A stretch of DNA of 38,235 nt, taken from an uncultured bacterium (GTDB taxonomy: Bacteria; Omnitrophota; Omnitrophia; Omnitrophales; Aquincolibacteriaceae). The translations under genes and the position numbers were made by a program. The notes beneath the pieces are model-generated. The model was not told where the DNA came from. It searched no databases and worked only from the letters and a program-made list of their open reading frames with translations. The stretch is taken from positions 1-38,235 of the forward strand of contig CAZSVD010000334.1 of NCBI GenBank assembly GCA_964610145.1. The letters run 5' to 3'. This document shows positions 28,121 through 35,268 of the stretch, piece after piece; position 1 is the stretch's first letter, and the number at the start of each line of letters is the position of its first letter.

Positions 28121-28205
28121 ATACTCCTTTTTCGGCTGTTTTCTTCTTAAAGTATAGCATGTAAAAACTGGGCTTTTTTGATCGCCCCTCGCTAAAAAAC
28201 CGCGT

Positions 28206-28211
28206 TATAAT
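28206..28211 (+). promoter_or_regulatory. -10 box TATAAT 9 nt upstream of the rmuC ATG
   Basis: tataat tacgacctt ATG(28221), with no SD. Confidence 0.4.
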
Positions 28212-28220
28212 TACGACCTT

Positions 28221-29534
28221 ATGTTAACCGTTATTCTTTTGACTCTTTTGATTTTAATTAGCCTGGCCGGTCTTATTTTGACCCTGACCAAAAAACCGCT
28301 TTCCCCCGCCGGGGCGGAAGGCTTTGAACGCACTCTCGCGGTATATCAGCAGGAACTGAAAGCCAAAGAATCAAAAATAGATGCGCTCCAAAAAAATTTG
28401 ACCGACGCTCAGCAAAAAAAAGCCGCAGCTGAAGCTAGGCTCGAAGAAGCTGAAAAGAAATTCGCCGAGAACGAACTACGGCTTGTTCAAACCTTTGAGT
28501 CTGTCGCGGGACGAGTGCTCAATACCAACAGCTCTATTTTTTTAGAGCAGGCTAAAAAAGATTTGCGCACGTTGGTTTCGCCGCTGGATGAAACTCTCAA
28601 ACGTTATGAAGATGCCGCTCAAAAAATAGAACTTTCCCGCAAAGAAGCTTACGGCGGTTTAAAACAGCAAATTGAAGAGCTCTCCAAATCACAAAATGAT
28701 TTAAAAAAAGAAACCGGTAATTTGGTTTCGGCCTTGCGCCGTCCTGAAATTCGCGGCCGCTGGGGCGAACTCGCTCTCAAACGTGTGGTTGAGTTGGCGG
28801 GCATGACGGCGCACGTTGATTTTTCGGAACAAATCAGCATTGAAACACAAGAAGGACGTCTTCGCCCCGATTTGCTTGTGCATTTGCCATCGCATCGCGA
28901 CATTGTCGTCGACAGTAAAGTGGCTTTGGATGCTTATTTAGACGCAGTTGCCGCGCCTGAATCCGAACGCTCCGCGTTATTGATTCGCCACAGTCAGCAA
29001 TTTCGTAAACACATGAATGATCTCTCTTCAAAAAATTATCAGTCGCAATTCGAAAAAGCCCCTGAATTTGTCGTGATGTTTGTTCCGGGCGAAGCATTCT
29101 TAAGCGCGGCTCTCGAAAAAGATCCGTCCCTGATTGAAGACGGCATGGAAAAACAAGTCATTCTCGCCACGCCCACAACTCTTGTCGCTTTATTGCGCGC
29201 GGTCGCGTTCGGCTGGCGCCAGGAGCAGCTGACGCAGCACGCGGAAGAAGTCGCTAAAATCGGGCGCGAACTTTACGAAAGATTTTTTCCTTTCATCGAT
29301 CACATTCAAAATACCGGAAACTATCTTTCAAAATCCGTGGAAGCTTTCAACAAAATGATCGGCTCGTTTGAACGCAATATTGTTTCGAGCGTTCAAAAAT
29401 TCAAAGAGTTGGGCGCGGGAAACGAAAAAACCCTGCCATCCGCGGATCCGGTGGATGAAACTCCGCGCAAGGTCACTAAAATTCAAAGCTCTCCCGCGAG
29501 CGAAAAAAGAATTTCGGACGAATTGTTTAAATAG
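28221..29534 (+). CDS. rmuC: DNA recombination protein RmuC
   Basis: 437 aa. An N-terminal TM segment and coiled coil precede the C-terminal RmuC nuclease-like domain (..RGRWGELALKRVVELAGM.. ..PDLLVHLP..IVVDSKV..). Confidence 0.9.
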   Translation: MLTVILLTLLILISLAGLILTLTKKPLSPAGAEGFERTLAVYQQELKAKESKIDALQKNLTDAQQKKAAAEARLEEAEKKFAENELRLVQTFESVAGRVLNTNSSIFLEQAKKDLRTLVSPLDETLKRYEDAAQKIELSRKEAYGGLKQQIEELSKSQNDLKKETGNLVSALRRPEIRGRWGELALKRVVELAGMTAHVDFSEQISIETQEGRLRPDLLVHLPSHRDIVVDSKVALDAYLDAVAAPESERSALLIRHSQQFRKHMNDLSSKNYQSQFEKAPEFVVMFVPGEAFLSAALEKDPSLIEDGMEKQVILATPTTLVALLRAVAFGWRQEQLTQHAEEVAKIGRELYERFFPFIDHIQNTGNYLSKSVEAFNKMIGSFERNIVSSVQKFKELGAGNEKTLPSADPVDETPRKVTKIQSSPASEKRISDELFK

Positions 29535-30483
29535 CGCAGGCAGAATAAGCGCGGATTTCTTTTTTTGCGTGCTGAATCAATTTACCGAATAGCCTGATCA
29601 AATCGGGATGATTTCCGGGAGTCGGCGCGCGGTAAAATTCCATTCCGAGTTCCTGAGCTAAATTTTTAGCTTCAATATCTAAATCATACAAAACTTCCGC
29701 GTTATCCGATAAAAAACCCATCGGAATCACGAACACTGCTTTCTTGCCCGCCTTCGCGCTTGTTTTGATTGCATCCAAAATATCCGGCGAAAGCCATGGC
29801 TGCGAAGGGTCTCCGCTGCGAGACTGATAAACATGCTTCCACTCCGTAAACCCTGCGGCATCGGCGGTTGAGCGGCAGCAAGCTTCATATTCCGCGCTAT
29901 AAATACAACTCGCACAGGCCTTATCGGCAAGCATCGGAATCGAATGACAGGAGAATAAAATTTCAGTTTGTCCGCGAATTTTTTCAGGAATCGCCAAATA
30001 CGAATCCCGTGCCAGCTTTGCTAAAATTCTCACCCAGTCGAAATGATTGTACCAGGGTGACAAATAACTGTATTTGAGCTCCATAATTCCATGCGTGTGC
30101 AGCGCATCATGAATATTTTCCTTATATCGGCGGCAGCTGGCTGTGCTGCGAAACGGCGCAAGAATCACTCCGAGCCCCTTTTTAAGGCCGCACTTATGAA
30201 TATCCAAAATAACATCTTCAACAAAAGGTGCCGTATTTCGATGCGCGAGAAAAATCGGCAAATTCATTTCAGACAACTTTAAAAGTTGCGCCAAAACATC
30301 CGCCGCCCAATCATTGTAGGGCGATTTTCCTCCAATCATATCGTAATGATGCGCTACTGCTTTAAGCCGCACTTCAGGAATATTTCTTCCTGCCGTCACA
30401 CGCTTTAAAAAAGGCATCACCTCTTCCCGCGACTGCGGTCCGCCAAAGCCAATAAGCAGAATATGATCAAATTGATGTTGCAT
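29527..30483 (-). CDS. hemH: Ferrochelatase
   Basis: ..ILLIGFGGPQSREEVMPFL.. and the ..HSIP.. motif are present. I prefer the in-frame ATG at 30483, which starts MQHQFDH and is preceded by TACAAT plus 6 nt, over the track start at 30501. Confidence 0.88.
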   Translation of the reverse strand: MQHQFDHILLIGFGGPQSREEVMPFLKRVTAGRNIPEVRLKAVAHHYDMIGGKSPYNDWAADVLAQLLKLSEMNLPIFLAHRNTAPFVEDVILDIHKCGLKKGLGVILAPFRSTASCRRYKENIHDALHTHGIMELKYSYLSPWYNHFDWVRILAKLARDSYLAIPEKIRGQTEILFSCHSIPMLADKACASCIYSAEYEACCRSTADAAGFTEWKHVYQSRSGDPSQPWLSPDILDAIKTSAKAGKKAVFVIPMGFLSDNAEVLYDLDIEAKNLAQELGMEFYRAPTPGNHPDLIRLFGKLIQHAKKEIRAYSACAI

Positions 30484-30489
30484 GCGAAG

Positions 30490-30495
30490 ATTGTA
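30490..30495 (-). promoter_or_regulatory. -10 box TACAAT (minus strand) 6 nt upstream of the hemH ATG at 30483
   Basis: The minus strand reads tacaat cttcgc ATG. Confidence 0.4.
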
Positions 30496-30556
30496 AAACA
30501 TTCCGATTAAAAAAGAAGCCTGCGTTGTAACTGTGTATCTTTCGTGCTATTTGGCC

Positions 30557-30562
30557 GATAAT
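30557..30562 (+). promoter_or_regulatory. -10 box GATAAT 6 nt upstream of the in-frame GTG at 30569
   Basis: gataat cattcg GTG. This suggests a leaderless GTG start for the membrane glycosyltransferase-like gene. Confidence 0.3.
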
Positions 30563-30568
30563 CATTCG

Positions 30569-31750
30569 GTGATTCAGATTCAAAAATCTTTTTCGACGCT
30601 CAAGTTGAGCGCGCTCGTCTTGCTGGGTGTTAGCATACGCCTGGCTTTGCCTTGGGTCCGTCATAATTTTGACGTTGACTCATGGAATATTGTCGCTGAT
30701 CTTCTGCGTGAAGGAAAAAATGTTTACGCGGAAACCTGGCGACATGTCTATGGTCCGGGACTTTTTCCGATTTGCTGGTTTTCCAAGACAGTTTCGCTCA
30801 TGCTGCCCTTTAAACACCCCGAATCGTTTCATTTTATTTTTGTTTGCTTTCTGATATTAGCGGATTTGGGGATTTTTTTTCTACTCAGAAAAAAAGTCAG
30901 CTCACTTGCGGCCATTTTGTTTTTCCTTAGCCCAATCTCCATTCTCATCACAAGCGTGCATTCCCAAATTGACAATCTTGCTATTTTTTTTGGTTTTGGC
31001 GCATGGCTACTTTATGAAACTCCCAACCGCAATTCAAAAACCCTATTTTTCAGCGCGGCGCTGCTTGGTTTATCTTTGATTATTAAACACGATTTCATCT
31101 TGCTTCCTCTTTGGCTTCTATTTGATCCGCGTTGGACCAATCGAAAAGAGAAAATGATTTATCTTTTTATGGTCTATGCTCTTTTTGCGGGAAGTTTCGT
31201 TCCATTTTGCGAGAGTCCGGAATCACGCCATGGTATTATCAAAAATGTTTTTCAATACTCCATGGGCACCGGAAATGCACTGCTTACTCATTTAACTCAG
31301 GTGCTCATCCCGATAGGCATCATTGACAAATTTGCATTAAACAGCAAAGTTGTTCGATACATTTTCATCGGGCTTATGCTTTTGTTCGGACGATTTGTGA
31401 TGAAGCGTGAGCCCCAAAATGCCTTTTATCTTTATTTGGTCGGGATTGTGCTTTTTTCGCCGCAAATGGCGGATCAATATTTGGCCATTCCTGTGCTGAC
31501 CTGCGCCGTATTCTCAAAAAACCGCTGGCTGATTATTTATACTGCCGTTAGCACATTTTTTATTTTAGGATCCCCATTCAATCTTTACTTATGGCCCGCA
31601 CTAACAGGTTGGACATTTTTAACTTCTACCTATGGGGGCGGATTATTTTGGTACTATAATTGCCAGATATGGCTGCTCTTCTTTCTGATCGCTTATTACT
31701 TTCAGTTACGATCTCCAAATTGCAATTCTCCAAGTCAGAAGCTGTGCTAA
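30569..31750 (+). CDS. Polytopic membrane protein, GT-C-like (DUF2029/PMT_2-type) putative glycosyltransferase
   Basis: At least 10 TM segments. The first loop, DVDSWNIVADLLREGKNVY..YGPG, resembles polyprenyl-phosphate-dependent GT-C enzymes. The start is uncertain (GTG 30533 in the track, GTG 30569 preferred). Confidence 0.5.
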   Translation: MIQIQKSFSTLKLSALVLLGVSIRLALPWVRHNFDVDSWNIVADLLREGKNVYAETWRHVYGPGLFPICWFSKTVSLMLPFKHPESFHFIFVCFLILADLGIFFLLRKKVSSLAAILFFLSPISILITSVHSQIDNLAIFFGFGAWLLYETPNRNSKTLFFSAALLGLSLIIKHDFILLPLWLLFDPRWTNRKEKMIYLFMVYALFAGSFVPFCESPESRHGIIKNVFQYSMGTGNALLTHLTQVLIPIGIIDKFALNSKVVRYIFIGLMLLFGRFVMKREPQNAFYLYLVGIVLFSPQMADQYLAIPVLTCAVFSKNRWLIIYTAVSTFFILGSPFNLYLWPALTGWTFLTSTYGGGLFWYYNCQIWLLFFLIAYYFQLRSPNCNSPSQKLC

Positions 31751-31804
31751 AATACAAGTCGCTGAGTTGTCCCCTTTTAACTATCTTTAATCTCAAGGAG
31801 AATT

Positions 31805-32089
31805 ATGAAAAAAATAATCGCTTTGTTGTTCATCGCGGTCGTTTTAATGTCCGCGCCTAATGCCTGGGCCGTCAACACCGCAAAACACGGTGAAATTACG
31901 GGTAAATCCGTTTGCTATGGCCTTGCCTCTTTAATTATTTGGCCCGGAATCGGCCAGTATTTAAATGATCAGCAAACAAAAAAGAACGTAACTCATGCAG
32001 TTCTCGGCATCACGGGAATTTTTCGTCTTTGGTCCGGTTGGGATGCCCTCATTCAACGTGACGGCGGACGCTGGGATGGAAAGATTTAA
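31805..32089 (+). CDS. Small exported/membrane protein of unknown function
   Basis: SD aaggag. The signal peptide is MKKIIALLFIAVVLMSAPNAWA|V, followed by two hydrophobic segments. A strong terminator follows. Confidence 0.55.
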   Translation: MKKIIALLFIAVVLMSAPNAWAVNTAKHGEITGKSVCYGLASLIIWPGIGQYLNDQQTKKNVTHAVLGITGIFRLWSGWDALIQRDGGRWDGKI

Positions 32090-32103
32090 TCAGATTTAAA
32101 AAC

Positions 32104-32136
32104 AAAACCCCCGAACTTCGGTTCGGGGGTTTTTTA
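32104..32136. terminator. Bidirectional rho-independent terminator (UUCG tetraloop)
   Basis: cccccgaac-ttcg-gttcggggg is flanked by A4 upstream and T6 downstream. It sits between the convergent 94-aa gene and arsC. Confidence 0.88.
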
Positions 32137-32138
32137 TT

Positions 32139-32561
32139 TTAGTCAAACTTGCGTTTGCGGGCGACCTTTTTAAACTTCTCGTGAATTAGATCACGCACTC
32201 TGCGAAACTCATTCAGAACTTCTTCTGTTACTTCCTGTCCATGCGGAGGATCGGGAAAGGGCCAATGCAGCCGCATTTTAGCTCCCGGGAAAATGGGGCA
32301 TGCCTGCCGCGCATTATCACAAACAGAAATAACATAATCTATTTTTTTTCCCAAAAATTCTTCAACATGCTTTGATCTGTGACTTGAAATATTAATTCCA
32401 ATTTCTTTCATCACCTGAATCGCAACCGGATTCACATGTGAAGGCATGGTGCCCGCACTAAACACTTCAAATCGCTTTGAGCCATAATGTCTTAAGACGC
32501 CTTCTGCCATCTGGGATCGGCATGAGTTCCCGGTGCAAAGTATCAAAACGGTTTGTTTCAT
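32139..32561 (-). CDS. arsC: Arsenate reductase, LMW-PTP/thioredoxin-coupled type
   Basis: The P-loop is LCTGNSCRSQMAEG and the downstream Cys pair is VCDNARQACP. I prefer ATG 32561, which starts MKQTVLIL and overlaps the upstream stop as ATGA. The longer track ORF adds a non-homologous N-terminus. Confidence 0.9.
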   Translation of the reverse strand: MKQTVLILCTGNSCRSQMAEGVLRHYGSKRFEVFSAGTMPSHVNPVAIQVMKEIGINISSHRSKHVEEFLGKKIDYVISVCDNARQACPIFPGAKMRLHWPFPDPPHGQEVTEEVLNEFRRVRDLIHEKFKKVARKRKFD

Positions 32562-32878
32562 ATTTTTCTCATCAAAATTAAAAAGTACGCCGCAACAGAT
32601 CCGCCCAAACATTGACTTATCCAATAGGCCGGAATTTGCGACACCGGAAAACGTTTCGTAATCGCAAACGCCAGCGTCACGGCCGGGTTGAAATGCGCGC
32701 CTGAAATAACCCCAAAAACCAAAATCATCGCTGCAATAATCGTTCCAAACGTAAGCGCCACAGTAAACGACGGAAAAACCGCCGGATATTTTTCATATAA
32801 AAAGATGGAGCTGCCGCCGACAAAAATCATCACGAATGTTCCGGCCATTTCCGCTAAAGCTTTGGTAATCAATGTCAT
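32558..32878 (-). CDS. MIP/aquaporin family protein, N-terminal half only (TM1-TM3 plus the first NPA loop); either a hemi-channel or a deletion remnant of aqpS
   Basis: The 106-aa ORF aligns by eye to the first half of AqpZ/GlpF (AEMAGTFVMIFVGG ... ISGAHFNPAVTLAF ... ISQCLGGSVAAYFLIL). It ends 4 residues after TM3. There is no second NPA half anywhere downstream. It has ATGA overlaps with arsR (32875..32878) and arsC (32558..32561). Confidence 0.85.
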   Translation of the reverse strand: MTLITKALAEMAGTFVMIFVGGSSIFLYEKYPAVFPSFTVALTFGTIIAAMILVFGVISGAHFNPAVTLAFAITKRFPVSQIPAYWISQCLGGSVAAYFLILMRKI

Positions 32879-33225
32879 TTACAACAAGCCACAAGGCCCT
32901 TTTTATTTTTACGAAATTCCGTTAAATCCCTTTGGAGCTCACTAAAATCAGAGCGGCAACAATTGAGCGCTTCAAAAATAGCTTTAAAGGTACTCAGGCG
33001 CTCCCGGGTCAGGCAGTAATACATCCAAAGCCCTTCTTTGCGGGACTCCACAAGTCTGGCGCGACGCAAATAAGCTAAATGCCGGGAAATTTTCGACTGC
33101 GGCTCTTTTAGAACGCTCATCATATCGCAAACACACAATTCGCCTTCACTCAATAAATTCAAAATCCGAAAACGCGTCGGATCCGACAGTGCTCCAAAAA
33201 TTGTTTGTGTATCTTTTAATCGCAT
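32875..33225 (-). CDS. arsR: ArsR/SmtB family metalloregulator
   Basis: 116 aa with a winged-HTH domain and the As(III)-binding type motif ELCVCDMMSVL. Confidence 0.9.
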   Translation of the reverse strand: MRLKDTQTIFGALSDPTRFRILNLLSEGELCVCDMMSVLKEPQSKISRHLAYLRRARLVESRKEGLWMYYCLTRERLSTFKAIFEALNCCRSDFSELQRDLTEFRKNKKGLVACCK

Positions 33226-33231
33226 GTCCGC

Positions 33232-33257
33232 ATTATATCTGCTTAAGCAGATATAAT
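33232..33257. promoter_or_regulatory. Perfect 26-bp palindrome ATTATATCTGCTTAAGCAGATATAAT; probable ArsR operator overlapping the arsR -10 box
   Basis: Verified to be its own reverse complement. On the minus strand it ends in TATAAT (33237..33232), 6 nt upstream of the arsR ATG (33225). There is no SD, so the transcript is probably leaderless. Confidence 0.6.
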
Positions 33258-33272
33258 CAAATCAAAAAAAAT

Positions 33273-34013
33273 TTACGTCGGTTCTTTTAATCCAATGGGG
33301 TTTCGACAAACATCGCCGGAATCTTTCGCAGTTGTTTGTGGTTTATCGCAAACAAAGCTGTAATAATTCAGCCCTAGCTCAATCTTAGGACGCCCCTTGG
33401 ACATGCGCCACTCATTCGTATCACGTAATGAATACGCGCAACCGCAATATTGCTGCTGATAAAATTCTTCTTTTTTTGAAATCTCAATCATACGCTCCGA
33501 GCCCCTGTCTTTTCGCCAATTATAGTCCCAATATGTGACTCCGGGATAAAGCGCCGCGGCCTTTTTCCCGGCATCAGTGACCTGATCAAAGTTTTTCCAA
33601 CGTGAAATTCCAAGACAGCTTGTGATGACGTTGAAACCGTTCCGCGCGGCATATTCCGCAGTTTTCACAAAACGCATTTCAAAACACATTGTGCAACGTT
33701 CACCGCGTTCAGGATCTTTTTCGTGTCCCTTCATCATCTCAAACCAACGCTCTTTGTCATAATCATCATCAACAAACGGGATTCCGAGTTTTTCCGCGTA
33801 ACGAATATTCTCTTCTTTACGCAGTAAATACTCTTCTATCGGATGAATGTTGGGATTATAAAAATAAATTGTCAAATCCAGCCCCGCTTTATGCATATCT
33901 TCAATCACAGAACCCGAGCAAGGAGCGCAGCAAGAATGCAGCAGCACCTTCTTCTCACCCCCGGGCGGATTAAGCGCACCGCCTAATTTTCTATCTTTGG
34001 AATTTGTCATCAT
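33273..34013 (-). CDS. queH: Epoxyqueuosine reductase QueH (DUF208)
   Basis: 246 aa with [17 protein letters not shown] and the CxxC-containing motifs typical of QueH. Confidence 0.88.
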   Translation of the reverse strand: MMTNSKDRKLGGALNPPGGEKKVLLHSCCAPCSGSVIEDMHKAGLDLTIYFYNPNIHPIEEYLLRKEENIRYAEKLGIPFVDDDYDKERWFEMMKGHEKDPERGERCTMCFEMRFVKTAEYAARNGFNVITSCLGISRWKNFDQVTDAGKKAAALYPGVTYWDYNWRKDRGSERMIEISKKEEFYQQQYCGCAYSLRDTNEWRMSKGRPKIELGLNYYSFVCDKPQTTAKDSGDVCRNPIGLKEPT

Positions 34014-34018
34014 TGTGA

Positions 34019-34024
34019 ATTATA
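34019..34024 (-). promoter_or_regulatory. -10 box TATAAT (minus strand) 5 nt upstream of the queH ATG
   Basis: The minus strand reads tataat tcaca ATGATG, with no SD. Confidence 0.4.
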
Positions 34025-34062
34025 CCCTACTTGAGAGCTCTTTGCTCTGCCCCCGCTTGTCC

Positions 34063-34071
34063 TGATACAAT
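34063..34071 (+). promoter_or_regulatory. Extended -10 box TGaTACAAT 6 nt upstream of ATG 34078
   Basis: tgatacaat acactt ATG, with no SD. It is divergent from the queH box within a 64-bp intergenic region. Confidence 0.45.
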
Positions 34072-34077
34072 ACACTT

Positions 34078-35136
34078 ATGCATTTTTTGATCGAACTTAT
34101 AAACGCCACGCTTTGGTTTCTCGCGCTCGCATTCGTGATGCTGCTTTGGGCGGACTATCTCAATACCCTAACGCGCGGAAAAGCAACCAACTATTTAAAA
34201 AAGCACCCGGGCCATCAGTATTTATCTGGCGCGTTTTTAGGCGGGGCTCCCGGATGTTTTGGGTCATTTATTAACGTTTCCCTTTATACCCACCGGCTTT
34301 ATTCTTTCGGAGCATTGCTTGCGGGAATGATTGCCGCCACCGGCGACGAAGGATTTTTTATGCTGGCGCTTTTTCCGAAGACAGCGCTTATTCTTATCGG
34401 CGTTCTTGTTGTTTTAGGAATTTTAACGGGTTTTGTCTTTGATAAGCTCTCTCCTGAATTTGAAAAAAGCTCACCTCTTTTTCACGAGCTTCCCATGCAC
34501 GGTGAAGATGACGGCCATGGACACACGCACGCATCTTCCGGTTTGCCGCTACCTATTCAAACATTGCGTTGGGTTCTTTGCGCCGCGATGCTCGCGCTTG
34601 TCGCTGTACTTGTTCTGGGCTGGATTCATCATCCTGATTTTATGGATCATCACGCGCAAGAATCTTCCGCGCATGAACGCGGTGAAACGTGGGTCACGGC
34701 ATTCGCTTTACTTTCATCGCTATGGATTTTTTTAAAATCCTCACCGCATTATTTAGAAGAACACGTTTGGAACCATATCATCCGCCATCATTTGCCTAAA
34801 TTCGCGCTTTGGACCGCGGGAACGTTGCTTTGTCTTCAGCTAGGTGGACAATTTGTGGGGCTGCATTCCTGGATGAGTCAAAATTTATGGCAGACACTTT
34901 TTTTTGCTTTGCTGATCGGCTTATTGCCTGTTTCAGGGCCGCATCTCACTATCGCGATTCTTTTTTCTCAGGGAGCGATTCCTTTTTCGATTTTGCTGGC
35001 AAACTCTATCGTGCAGGAAGGTCATGGAATCTTACCGCTTTTACCTTATCCCAAACGCGATGTAATCGTGATCAAAATCATTAAATTGACACTGGGACTT
35101 TTAATTGGCGGAATCTTGCTTTCCGCGGGTTACTAG
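34078..35136 (+). CDS. 10-TM membrane protein with a His-rich loop, resembling the putative heavy-metal/manganese exporter family (ArsP_2-like)
   Basis: 352 aa. The motifs are GGAPGCFGSF and ATGDEGFF, with a central loop HGEDDGHGHTHASS. The family assignment is from memory only. Confidence 0.45.
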   Translation: MHFLIELINATLWFLALAFVMLLWADYLNTLTRGKATNYLKKHPGHQYLSGAFLGGAPGCFGSFINVSLYTHRLYSFGALLAGMIAATGDEGFFMLALFPKTALILIGVLVVLGILTGFVFDKLSPEFEKSSPLFHELPMHGEDDGHGHTHASSGLPLPIQTLRWVLCAAMLALVAVLVLGWIHHPDFMDHHAQESSAHERGETWVTAFALLSSLWIFLKSSPHYLEEHVWNHIIRHHLPKFALWTAGTLLCLQLGGQFVGLHSWMSQNLWQTLFFALLIGLLPVSGPHLTIAILFSQGAIPFSILLANSIVQEGHGILPLLPYPKRDVIVIKIIKLTLGLLIGGILLSAGY

Positions 35137-35268
35137 TAGTTCATTCCAATCGAAATTGGCTGTTGCCAATTTCAATCCATCACTCACGGATGTACCGAGA
35201 CACCTCCAAAATCAAATGTTGCGAGGTACTAGTGCTTCGGCGCCCAACAATTTATCCGTAACAAACCA

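Noticed and set aside
35125-35238. Two ACTAGT-containing 18-mers (GCGGGTTACTAGTAGTTC and GCGAGGTACTAGTGCTTC, 14/18 identical) flanking a perfect 9-bp hairpin (35152..35173)
   Set aside because: This could be a scar of a tiny insertion. However, the similarity is short and imperfect, the first copy is partly coding (end of the 10-TM gene), and there are no terminal inverted repeats. It is probably chance plus a terminator-like hairpin.
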